A program made the position numbers and the translations under genes. Below are positions 7,659 through 15,543 of a stretch of 32,000 bases of DNA, in pieces. The notes beneath the pieces were generated by a model, which worked only from the letters and a program-made list of their open reading frames with translations, did no database searches and was not told the DNA's origin. Positions within the stretch are counted from its first letter, which is position 1. Each line of letters begins with the position of its first letter. Origin of the DNA: Bellilinea caldifistulae (lineage in GTDB: Bacteria > Chloroflexota > Anaerolineae > Anaerolineales > Anaerolineaceae); assembly GCF_001306055.1 (NCBI RefSeq), contig NZ_LGHJ01000017.1, positions 240,001 through 272,000 of the forward strand, read 5' to 3'.

Positions 7659-8129
7659 ATGAGTTACGCCTTTCGCAAACACGACTACAACCTGGACGAC
7701 TTTGACCGTTGCCCGGAACACGGCTGTGTGATGATGCAGGTACAGGACTTGCCGCCGGTGTGTTTGATTGAGTGGCTGGTCAAGAACGCTGCCGAGCGCA
7801 GGGTGCGGGACGTGATTCCGCGTGAGCCGGTCAATCCGGTGGAGGCGGGACTGCCGGGGGTGGTACTGGACAACGGCTTTCTGCTGCCGGTGCGCAAGGC
7901 GGTGGATGTGGCATCGAGGAGACCGGACGGCGAGGTGAACGAGAGCATCGTGGGCTGGCGGGTGACGGACATTCTCTACATGCGGGGGGAGAATCAAGAG
8001 TTGGTGGGGGTAGAACTGCTGCCGGACGGGACGGTGGTGGACGAGGATCCGGGTTTTCTGCTGTATCTGGACATGCAGATACTGCTCTACCTGCTGTTCG
8101 ATGAGGAAATCCGCAAGTGTGAGCCGTGA
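7659..8129 (+). CDS. hypothetical protein
   Basis: 156 aa from the internal ATG, with coding-like third-position GC. No nuclease or Vsr motif recognised. Confidence 0.45.
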   Translation: MSYAFRKHDYNLDDFDRCPEHGCVMMQVQDLPPVCLIEWLVKNAAERRVRDVIPREPVNPVEAGLPGVVLDNGFLLPVRKAVDVASRRPDGEVNESIVGWRVTDILYMRGENQELVGVELLPDGTVVDEDPGFLLYLDMQILLYLLFDEEIRKCEP

Positions 8130-8280
8130 GGTAAAATGACCGTACCCGGAAACTGGCGGAACGGATTGCTTGCCGTAAAATCCGGCGGGGATACCGCTTT
8201 TCGGCAGGGTGAGGGCAGGGTTGCGGGAAAAATCTTATCCGTACCATTGTGCCAGGAAAAAATAGGGGGGTTGCAGGCAC

Positions 8281-8326
8281 AAGGGTACGCTTGTGGTAAG
8301 GTAGCGGAAGGGTACGCTTGTAATAT
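8281..8326 (+). promoter_or_regulatory. two 14 bp direct repeats abutting a -10-like TAATAT
   Basis: AAGGGTACGCTTGT occurs at 8281-8294 and 8308-8321. TAATAT at 8321-8326 lies 18 nt before the ATG at 8344. Confidence 0.45.
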
Positions 8327-8343
8327 ACTGACATATCCCGCTT

Positions 8344-9072
8344 ATGCAAAAAGTGAGACCAATTCGTAGTGACTTGTGGAGACGTGTCGAAAATGCCTTG
8401 CAAATTCTGGCGGAGGGAGTTTCCCTGCGGGTTGAGGTGGAGTACCGCATGGGAATACACGGCGGGGCTTCTAAACGCCTGTTCGATACCCTGATTGCGG
8501 AGGGATTTGTCGAGCAGTGGCTTTTGCCAATGAACCGCTTTACTTACGGTGTCGTTCGCCTTACAGAGTTAGGAGCCGACTTCACCATGCGGGAGTACGG
8601 CATCGCAATAAACCCTTCCGAGTGGGATGTTCTTGTCCAAAAACACAACGCCGAAGAACACGCCAATCACGCCTTTGCCATCCTGTTGTTTGCCTACCAT
8701 GCTCGCAGACGGGGCTGGCGGGTGGAAGTGTGTCCGCCGGTGGACAATCCGCTGGTCGAGCCGGATGTGCTGGTCGAGAAGGGCAGCGATCGGATTTATG
8801 TCGAAGTGGAAGTTTTACGCAATCCCCGCAAACTCCGAGACGGTGCAGATAACACCTGGGTACGCAAGTGGCGCAATCAGCGGAATTTTCAAGGGCGGGT
8901 GGCGGTATGCACCCTGACGCCCAAACGGATGCAGGGAATACTCCGCTATCTCAAACTGCGCTATCCGGGAGTGGCCACCGAACTGACCACGCTGGCAAAG
9001 CAGCCGGATAGTGACCTGTGGCTGGAACGCTGGAACTGGCCAAACGAGTTTTCGATGCGAGGGTATCGGTAG
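8344..9072 (+). CDS. wHTH plus PD-(D/E)XK-like protein (replication-relaxation-like or restriction-endonuclease-like architecture)
   Basis: N-terminal LFDTLIAEGFVEQWLLPMNRFTYGVVRLTELG is wHTH-like. The C-terminal part has HANHAFAILLFAYHARRRGWRV followed by EPDVLVEKGSDRIYVEVEV...K. Confidence 0.4.
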   Translation: MQKVRPIRSDLWRRVENALQILAEGVSLRVEVEYRMGIHGGASKRLFDTLIAEGFVEQWLLPMNRFTYGVVRLTELGADFTMREYGIAINPSEWDVLVQKHNAEEHANHAFAILLFAYHARRRGWRVEVCPPVDNPLVEPDVLVEKGSDRIYVEVEVLRNPRKLRDGADNTWVRKWRNQRNFQGRVAVCTLTPKRMQGILRYLKLRYPGVATELTTLAKQPDSDLWLERWNWPNEFSMRGYR

Positions 9073-9076
9073 GGGG

Positions 9077-9122
9077 TTGACAAATTGTGTAATATTGTGT
9101 ATCTTGTAAGCAAGATTGTGTA
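9077..9122 (+). promoter_or_regulatory. promoter with three ATTGTGTA operator-like repeats upstream of the antitoxin gene
   Basis: TTGACA (9077-9082), a 17 nt spacer, then TATCTT (9100-9105). ATTGTGTA occurs at 9084, 9094 and 9115, giving spacings of 10 and 21 bp. Confidence 0.6.
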
Positions 9123-9138
9123 TTAGCGAGGTTATCTC

Positions 9139-9414
9139 ATGGAACGCTATCAGGTCTTGCTGGAACCGGAACAGAAAGAGCGCATTCAGCGTCTGGCTGC
9201 GCTGCAACGGCGGTCTGCTGCCAGCGTGCTGCGTCAGGCTTTGGACATTGGGCTGGATGCACTGGAAGGCAACGATGAGGTGTGGGAGCGGCGGATGGAA
9301 ATTCTGTCCAAGAACCGCAAACGCATGAAGAACCTGCCGCTGATTGAACTGGATTTGGTCAACGATGCCCGGCAGGAACGGGAGGAGGAGATTGAGCAAA
9401 CATGGCGGTTGTGA
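9139..9414 (+). CDS. vapB: RHH (CopG/VapB-type) antitoxin
   Basis: MERYQVLLEPEQKERIQRLAALQRRSAASVLRQALDIGL fits an RHH fold pattern. It overlaps the downstream PIN gene by 13 nt. Confidence 0.7.
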   Translation: MERYQVLLEPEQKERIQRLAALQRRSAASVLRQALDIGLDALEGNDEVWERRMEILSKNRKRMKNLPLIELDLVNDARQEREEEIEQTWRL

Positions 9415-9833
9415 TTGACGCAAACATTGCCCTGGCTTTGTTCCTGCACCTGCCGTACACCGAACAGGCTTACCGCCTGATGGATCGTCTGCGGGAACGG
9501 CGGAGCGCCGTTCTGTCGCCGGTGTTGTGGGAGTACGAATGTTTGAGCGGTTTTCATCGAGCGGCGCAGTTAGGAGCAATCCGCCCCGAAGATGCGCGGG
9601 AGTTTATGGCTGACCTGCTGGCGTTGGAGATTGAGCGAGTAACGCCGACTGTTGAAAGTCATCATGCCGCCCTGCGCTGGGCGGAACGAATGGGACAGAG
9701 CAAAGCCTACGATGCCCAGTATGCAGCCCTGGCGGAGCAGTACGGGACGGAGTTGTGGAGCGCAGACCAGCGGCTGGTCAACACCCTGCAAGCACAGGGA
9801 GCAGGTTGGGCGCATTGGATTGGGGAGGTGTGA
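9402..9833 (+). CDS. vapC: PIN-domain toxin (VapC family)
   Basis: MAVVIDANIALALFL carries the N-terminal acidic Asp motif. 143 aa, with the conserved-looking YDAQYAALAEQ segment and the typical antitoxin-toxin gene order. Confidence 0.8.
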   Translation: MAVVIDANIALALFLHLPYTEQAYRLMDRLRERRSAVLSPVLWEYECLSGFHRAAQLGAIRPEDAREFMADLLALEIERVTPTVESHHAALRWAERMGQSKAYDAQYAALAEQYGTELWSADQRLVNTLQAQGAGWAHWIGEV

Positions 9834-9834
9834 G

Positions 9835-10355
9835 GTGGCAGTCGTTACACGCAAAGGTTTGAAACTGGCAGCCCGCAACCTGGCAGCCTTGCCGTTCAGG
9901 GTTTTGCTGTTTGCGTTTGAGTGGGTGTTGCGCCTGACGATCATCGCCGTACTGGTCTTTGTGCTGGCTGTTGGCGGGGTGGGCTGGTACTTCTACGCCG
10001 TCAAAGCCAATCAGCCGATGCAGATTGACCCGCGCTTTGCCCGGACACTGCCGCCGGAAGGGATGACCTTCGGGAGTTCTGGCAAGACCGCTTTGCCGGG
10101 TGGGAGAAGATTGACGAACTCCGCTATGATATGGGGGTATCAAAAAGCGATGATAATTGTCGCTTTGTAGGGTTTGTCTTATTTCCCGCCTATCAAATCC
10201 TGGCTCCCTCCCTGCGGGTGTATTTCGTGCGCACCCAGCCCTGAACAGCCGAAGCCGAATCGTGGATTCGGGGGATAAAAGGCATCATTGCGCCGGAGGA
10301 TTTGCCATTTCTCGATGCCTGGAGGTGGCAGATCGAGAACGAGTCATGGTGGTAG
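9835..10355 (+). pseudogene. decayed paralogue of the membrane protein encoded at 25669-26133
   Basis: GTG start with a GGGGAGG RBS. TM segment, then KANQPMQ...EGMTF, matching KGNQPMQ...KGMTYFEF of the other copy. Similarity continues in another frame after about 10072 (REFWQDRFAGW...) and across an in-frame TGA at 10242-10244 (...PEDLPFLDAWRWQIENESWW, stop at 10353-10355). Confidence 0.55.
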
Positions 10356-10471
10356 TGGGTTGACCATCAGGCTATCTGTAAACTGCCTCCACCGCAAAGA
10401 CCGGCGGCAACTCCCTGACCTTGCAATTTTGTAAGGAACTGGAAAATACCACTTGCGAACGGAAAAATAAC

Positions 10472-11448
10472 TTTACATGAGTTCAGGATAAGGGGCTCCC
10501 TGGCGTAGACTTGGATTTACCAAAACAAGCCTTCCAAGGAGCCCCCGATGGATAGTCAAATTGAATCGTTCTCTGAGCTCGATGATTTTTGCCAATCTTT
10601 TCTGCCTGTCTGGCGAAAACAATTGTTGAGCGCAGGTGAAATTCAGCGGCAGCGTGAAAGAAGCCTGAGCATGAGTAAGGTCATGACTATTTTGATCCAT
10701 TTTCATCAATCACACTATCGTAATTTCAAAGCGTACTACACCGAATATGTGCTGGAACGCCTGCGCGCTGAATTTCCTGGTCTGGTCAGTTATAACCGTT
10801 TTGTCGAGTTTATTCCTTCCGTCCTGGTTCCGTTGTGTGTGTACCTGCGCACACGCTGTCTGGGAACTTGTACAGGCATTTCGTTTATCAATTCAACCGC
10901 TTTGGCGGTCTGCAAAAATCCCAGAATCCACTCTCATAAGGTCTTTGCTGGACTGGCAGCGCGTGGCAAAACCTCCACCGGCTGGTTTTTTGGCTTCAAA
11001 CTTCATCTGGTTTTCAACGACCGCGGCGAATTACTCAATTTGATGCTCACTCCGGGCAATGTGGATGACCATAAACCTGTTCCTAAGTTGGCTCAGCGCC
11101 TATTTGGTAAGCTGTTTGGAGACAAGGGTTACGTCTCCCAACAGCTGGCGCAACAATTGCGTGAGATGTTCAATGTGCAGCTCATTACTAAGCTGCGCGC
11201 CAACATGAAGAACCAACTCATGCTGCTCACAGCGACCGGCTGCTCCTGCGTCGTCGCGCGATCATCGAGACGATCATCGATCAGTTGAAAAACATCTCGC
11301 AGATTGAGCATTCCCGGCATCGCAGTGTCACTAATTTCTTTGTCAATGTGCTGTGTGGTTTGATTGCTTATTGCCGTCGACCCATCAAGCCGTCGCAGGG
11401 CTTGGACAGTTATCTGCCCTTGCCCGTCTAACCCGAACTCACGTTACC
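10472..11448 (+). mobile_element. IS982-family insertion sequence
   Basis: Roughly 977 bp. Imperfect terminal inverted repeats with core ACATGAGTTCAGG (10475-10487) versus the reverse complement of CCCGAACTCACGT (11432-11444). Candidate 5 bp target duplication ATAAC at 10467-10471 and 11449-11453. The internal DDE transposase is of the IS982 type. Confidence 0.8.
10548..11431 (+). pseudogene. IS982-family transposase, frameshifted near 11230-11236
   Basis: The first frame gives ...[19 protein letters not shown]...GDKGYVSQ...[14 protein letters not shown]. The expected C-terminus [38 protein letters not shown]... is in the -1 frame and ends at 11429-11431. Confidence 0.8.
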
Positions 11449-11868
11449 ATAACAAATTTCGAGCCGTCAATGCATTCCGTCTTTGAAACCACTTGTAACA
11501 CCTGAAAACTTTATGTCGAACTTGATCTGGCGATTATTTTTGAAACACTGTCTAATGTCCCTAATTGTTTCACTCAAACAGAATTACGGAAAATATCCGC
11601 ACGATTTGCATTTTGGCTGATTTAGGTAGTATTAAGTCTAAAAGGGTATAGCTGGCCTTGTAACCAATGCAAGTATTCAGATCAAGTGTATATATCGGTG
11701 CCTGGAAATTTAGCTATGGGCAAAAGCGCTTTGTTGTCAATACATATTAACCTGCTTGTTGAAGTAAAATTCGTTTGAGTACAACCCAAAACATTTTCGT
11801 ATCATCAATATTTTTTAAAAAATCTGAAATGAAGCGCCAGGTTCAATCTTAACGCTATAATTCTAATT

Positions 11869-13680
11869 GTGAAACCTTTACCATTGATTGCAACCAAATT
11901 TTTCCCGCTGCCATCGCCCGGGAAACAATTGAAGCGGCAGGGTCTTATCTCTCGCATGGAAGAGGGTTTGGCGGCGCGCCACCCACTGATTTTGATTTCG
12001 GCTCCCGCCGGCTATGGGAAAAGTACTCTCGTTGCGGAGTGGCGGGAGAGCACCCAACGAACAATCACCTGGCTTTCTCTGGATGATTCCGATAATGAAC
12101 CTTCGCGTTTTCTTGTTTACTTGATTGCAGCACTTCAAAATGCGGACAAATCGATCGGGATGGAATTGATGACCATGCTGGAAGCCAATCAACTCCCGCC
12201 TCGCGAAACGATCATAGCATTGTTAACTGAAGACTTGTTGGCTTCTAGGAATTCGTTGGTGTGCGTATTAGATGACTTCCAGGTGATCCAGGACCCCAAT
12301 GTCCTCGACATTCTGCAAGACCTCATCGTTCATCCCCTTCCGTTACAATTCGCCATTGTCACCCGGGAAGATCCCGCCCTGCCTTTGGGTCGCTTGCGCG
12401 CAAACGACCGGTTAACCGAGATCCGCGCTTTGGATTTACGCTTTACGAAGGAAGAAACGGCAGCATTCTTTCGAGAGGTGATGAACATTCCACTTACCGA
12501 GCGTGACCTTTCGCTTTTGCTGGAACGCACCGAAGGTTGGGTGGCGGGGCTTCAGCTGGCTGGTCTTTCCATGCAGGGAGGAAAAGACCCATCTGAGGTA
12601 ATTGCCTCCCTGAGCGGGAATAACCGCCATATTCTCAGTTATCTCACCGAGGAAGTTCTCAAGCAACAAGAAACTTCCGTACAGGAATTTCTTCTATATA
12701 CCTCGATCCTCTCAAAATTTAATGCGGATCTATGTAATGCCGTTACCCAACGAAGTGATTCGGCTGTCCTGCTGGAAGCAATGCTGGCTTCCAACCTCTT
12801 CTTGATCCCATTGGATGACGAAGGATTCTGGTATCGTTACCACCATCTTTTTGCGGAATTGCTTTTCAGTTATCTGCTCCGTTCCCAGCCAGGCCTGCTG
12901 AAAGAATTACATCATCGCGCCGCAGAGTGGTTTGAGAGCCAATCCATGCCAGCGGAAGCTATCGACCACGCTCTGGCTGCAAGAGATTTCGCCCGCGCTG
13001 CGACCCTGCTTGAAATAAATACCTGGACATTGTTGAATCAAGGATATGTTCGCCGTATCGAAGCCTGGATGCAATCCCTGCCTGTCGAGTGGCGTACCCA
13101 AAGCCCACGGACAAACCTCAGCTTTGCCTGGATGTATCTCCTGCGGGGAAATTTCATCAAAGTAGTACCCCATCTCCAGGAGGCTGAAACTGCGCTGGAG
13201 AACGCACCGGAGGCAGATGACTTGAGAGCAGAGTGCCATGCATTGAGAGCTAACCTCTTACAATCCCAGGGTGAGATTCCTGCCGCAATTGAAAACGCCA
13301 AAGAGGCTATAAAGATCGTCTCTCCGGGAAATGTTCGCCTGTTAGGGTTGGCGAATCTGGGATTGGGAGCAGGGTATCGACAAGCGGTGCAGTTTGATCT
13401 GGCAGTAAATGCCCTGCAGCAAGCAATTCGTTTCAGCCGTGAATCAGGCGACTCTGTCACGGGTGCATTAGCAGCCACGCATCTCATCCTGATGAGTCTC
13501 CAGCATGGGCGATTGAATCTTGCAGAAGCAGTGTCTTCGCAGATGATCGAACTAATGGAGTGCATCGGGGAGGCGGTGCCACCCATCATCGGCGCAATCT
13601 ATGGGGCGTTAGGGTTAGTCTATTACGAGCGAAATCAGATCGAGCAGGCGCGTGACCATTATTTACGGGGAATTCATTAA
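11869..13680 (+). CDS. MalT/LuxR-type large ATP-dependent regulator, N-terminal part (P-loop NTPase plus TPR-like repeats), ending at an in-frame TAA
   Basis: PLILISAPAGYGKSTLVAEW is a Walker A motif and LVCVLDDFQ is Walker B-like. The long helical repeat region is typical of MalT-like STAND regulators. GTG start with no RBS, preceded by TATAAT at 11856-11861, so the mRNA may be leaderless. Confidence 0.8.
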   Translation: MKPLPLIATKFFPLPSPGKQLKRQGLISRMEEGLAARHPLILISAPAGYGKSTLVAEWRESTQRTITWLSLDDSDNEPSRFLVYLIAALQNADKSIGMELMTMLEANQLPPRETIIALLTEDLLASRNSLVCVLDDFQVIQDPNVLDILQDLIVHPLPLQFAIVTREDPALPLGRLRANDRLTEIRALDLRFTKEETAAFFREVMNIPLTERDLSLLLERTEGWVAGLQLAGLSMQGGKDPSEVIASLSGNNRHILSYLTEEVLKQQETSVQEFLLYTSILSKFNADLCNAVTQRSDSAVLLEAMLASNLFLIPLDDEGFWYRYHHLFAELLFSYLLRSQPGLLKELHHRAAEWFESQSMPAEAIDHALAARDFARAATLLEINTWTLLNQGYVRRIEAWMQSLPVEWRTQSPRTNLSFAWMYLLRGNFIKVVPHLQEAETALENAPEADDLRAECHALRANLLQSQGEIPAAIENAKEAIKIVSPGNVRLLGLANLGLGAGYRQAVQFDLAVNALQQAIRFSRESGDSVTGALAATHLILMSLQHGRLNLAEAVSSQMIELMECIGEAVPPIIGAIYGALGLVYYERNQIEQARDHYLRGIH

Positions 13681-13737
13681 GGAACCTTTCTCGGACATCA
13701 TGCCTCCCTGGTCTATACAAAACTCAATTTTGCTCGC

Positions 13738-14523
13738 TTGTTAATGGCTGAAGATAATTTCATTGACGCGAAAAAGAATCTGCAAGATGCCGAGGTATTG
13801 GTCCAGGCAGGTGCCCCAGACTGGTTGAGACCCGGTCTGATTGCGCATCAGGTTCAATATTTTCTTGCAACCGGCAATTTGCCGGAAGCAGAAGCAATAT
13901 TACGGCAGAGTGGCGTCACACCAGACGGGCGAATCACTCATGCCACAGATGAGATTTATCTTGCTTTTCTACGCATCAAGTTGACGCGTGGAAAAGAAGC
14001 AGACCTCCGTGAAGGAGCAGAACTTGCGGGGAGGATTCTCACACTAGCAGAAAGTGGCCAACGGAACAAAACAACCATATTGGCTTCCATGTTGGGAGCT
14101 TTGTTTCACGAACGATTAGGAGATACAAGATCTGCCTCTATGTGGCTCGAACATGCACTGGTATTAGCTGAACCTGAAGGATATGTACGCCTTTTTGTGG
14201 ACGAGGGAATGGAAATTGTTGCATTGCTAAAGCGATTAACACCGACGGATTATATTCGGACCCTGCTGGCGGCGTTCCCTGCGGTAGAGAGATCTGTCGT
14301 TAGACCTCGGCCGGTAGATGGAATCATCGAACCACTCAGTGAGCGTGAAGTGGAAGTATTGCGATTGTTGGCGCAAGGGATGAAATATGCCGAGATTGCA
14401 GAGTATTTGTTCGTGAGTATGAATACAGTACGTTTTCACGTCAAGAGCATTTACGGAAAGCTAAATGTCGATAAACGGGTTAAAGCGGTTGAGCGGGCAA
14501 GGGAACTAAAACTGATCGAGTAA
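13738..14523 (+). CDS. C-terminal part of the same MalT/LuxR regulator (TPR-like repeats plus LuxR-type HTH)
   Basis: Same reading frame as 11869-13680. The C-terminal LSEREVEVLRLLAQGMKYAEIAEYLFVSMNTVRFHVKSIYGKLNV is a LuxR/GerE HTH. Confidence 0.8.
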   Translation: MLMAEDNFIDAKKNLQDAEVLVQAGAPDWLRPGLIAHQVQYFLATGNLPEAEAILRQSGVTPDGRITHATDEIYLAFLRIKLTRGKEADLREGAELAGRILTLAESGQRNKTTILASMLGALFHERLGDTRSASMWLEHALVLAEPEGYVRLFVDEGMEIVALLKRLTPTDYIRTLLAAFPAVERSVVRPRPVDGIIEPLSEREVEVLRLLAQGMKYAEIAEYLFVSMNTVRFHVKSIYGKLNVDKRVKAVERARELKLIE

Positions 14524-14548
14524 CCCCAAAACCACATCAATTACACCT

Positions 14549-14580
14549 AACGGGCTACATCTTTGTGTAGTCCGTTTTTG
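14549..14580 (+). terminator. intrinsic terminator
   Basis: AACGGGCTACA / TGTAGTCCGTT is an 11 bp stem (one G-U pair) with a 6 nt loop. A T run follows at 14575-14579, 26 nt after the regulator's stop. Confidence 0.7.
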
Positions 14581-14616
14581 TTTGATGCAAGATAAACTGC
14601 AAACATACGAGGAAAC

Positions 14617-14868
14617 ATGATGCAATCCAATCCCGACACAACTCTGAGCGCAATTCGCACGTATACCCTGATTATAGACGGGGAACTTGATGTAGATTTT
14701 GCTGCCGCCTTTTGTCCACCTGATACCATGCTTGAGCATGACGGGAAAACCCTCAGGTTGACTAACCTGCGCGTGGACCAGTCCGGCCTGCTGGGCATCA
14801 TCCGCAGCCTGCACAACCTGGGCTGCGTCCTTGTTTCTTTATCCATCGATACCGGAGAAATATCATGA
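14617..14868 (+). CDS. small conserved hypothetical protein
   Basis: 83 aa with a GAGGAAA RBS. The C-terminal LRVDQSGLLGIIRSLHNLGCVLVSL resembles a widespread small-protein family of unknown function. Its stop overlaps the next ATG (ATGA). Confidence 0.6.
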   Translation: MMQSNPDTTLSAIRTYTLIIDGELDVDFAAAFCPPDTMLEHDGKTLRLTNLRVDQSGLLGIIRSLHNLGCVLVSLSIDTGEIS

Positions 14869-15512
14869 GTCCGCGAAATATGTCGCGCCGCGAGTTTTTG
14901 AAATTCACCGGATTGACGTTGGACGCAGCGGCCGTCGCCTGCTCCGGGCTGGGCTACGCCGCCACCCGTTCCCCCAGAACTGCCGACCCGAAAATCAAAT
15001 TTGAAAAGGACCCTGCCGTGAATAAAAGAGTATTAATCGCTTAGGCCACCCGCGCCGGTTCCACCACGGAGATTGCCGCGGTAATTGGCGAAACCCTCGC
15101 CGGGCGTGGTTTTGGCGTGGACGTCAAACCCGCCAAAGACAATCCATCCCTCCAGGAGTACGACGCGGTGATCCTGGGCAGCGCTGTTCGCATGGCAAAC
15201 TGGCTGCCAGAGATGGTGGATTTCATCAAGAAAAACCAGGCAGAGCTTGGAAGAAAACCCGTGGCGCTGTTCACCGTTCACATACTCAACCTTGGCGATA
15301 ATGAGGCCAGCCGTGAGGCGCGGCATGCGTATTTGAATTCTCTTCATCCATGCTTGAACCCAATCGATGAAGCGTTTTTCCCGGGGAAAATCGACCTGGA
15401 ATCCCTATCCTTTGTGGATCGCCTGATGGTGAAGATGGTTAAATCGCCTATTGGCGATTTCCGAGATTGGAAGCAGATTCGAGCCTGGTCACCAGTCATT
15501 TTTTGGGAATAA
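14865..15512 (+). pseudogene. Tat-signal flavodoxin-fold protein interrupted by an in-frame TAG at 15042-15044
   Basis: MSPRNMSRREFLKFTGLTLDAAAVACSG is a twin-arginine signal. The text then reads ...KRVLIA-TAG-ATRAGSTTEIAAVIGETLAGRGFGVDV...AVILGSAVRMANWLPE, all in one frame. Confidence 0.7.
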
Positions 15513-15543
15513 GTATTATTGTCTGAAAAACGAAAGAAAAAAG

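Noticed and set aside
7659-8129. Vsr (very-short-patch repair) endonuclease partner of the Dcm-type methylase
   Set aside because: The size is similar, but none of the Vsr signature segments are recognisable in the translation.
1645-9579. Many long antisense or alternative-frame ORFs in the GC-rich segment (for example 1645-2217, 1973-2380, 5371-5835, 5747-6292, 6909-7520, 7831-8460 and 8815-9579, all minus strand)
   Set aside because: They overlap + strand genes that have recognisable motifs or strong G/C third-position bias. Their translations are Pro/Arg/Ser/His-rich low-complexity text, typical of spurious ORFs in GC-rich DNA.
9835-15512. Stop-codon reassignment, selenocysteine or pyrrolysine as an explanation for the in-frame TGA, TAA and TAG
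   Set aside because: All three stop codons occur once each as interruptions, while the same codons terminate neighbouring genes normally. No SECIS-like context or pyl/sel genes are visible, and frameshifts co-occur. Decay or assembly error is more parsimonious.
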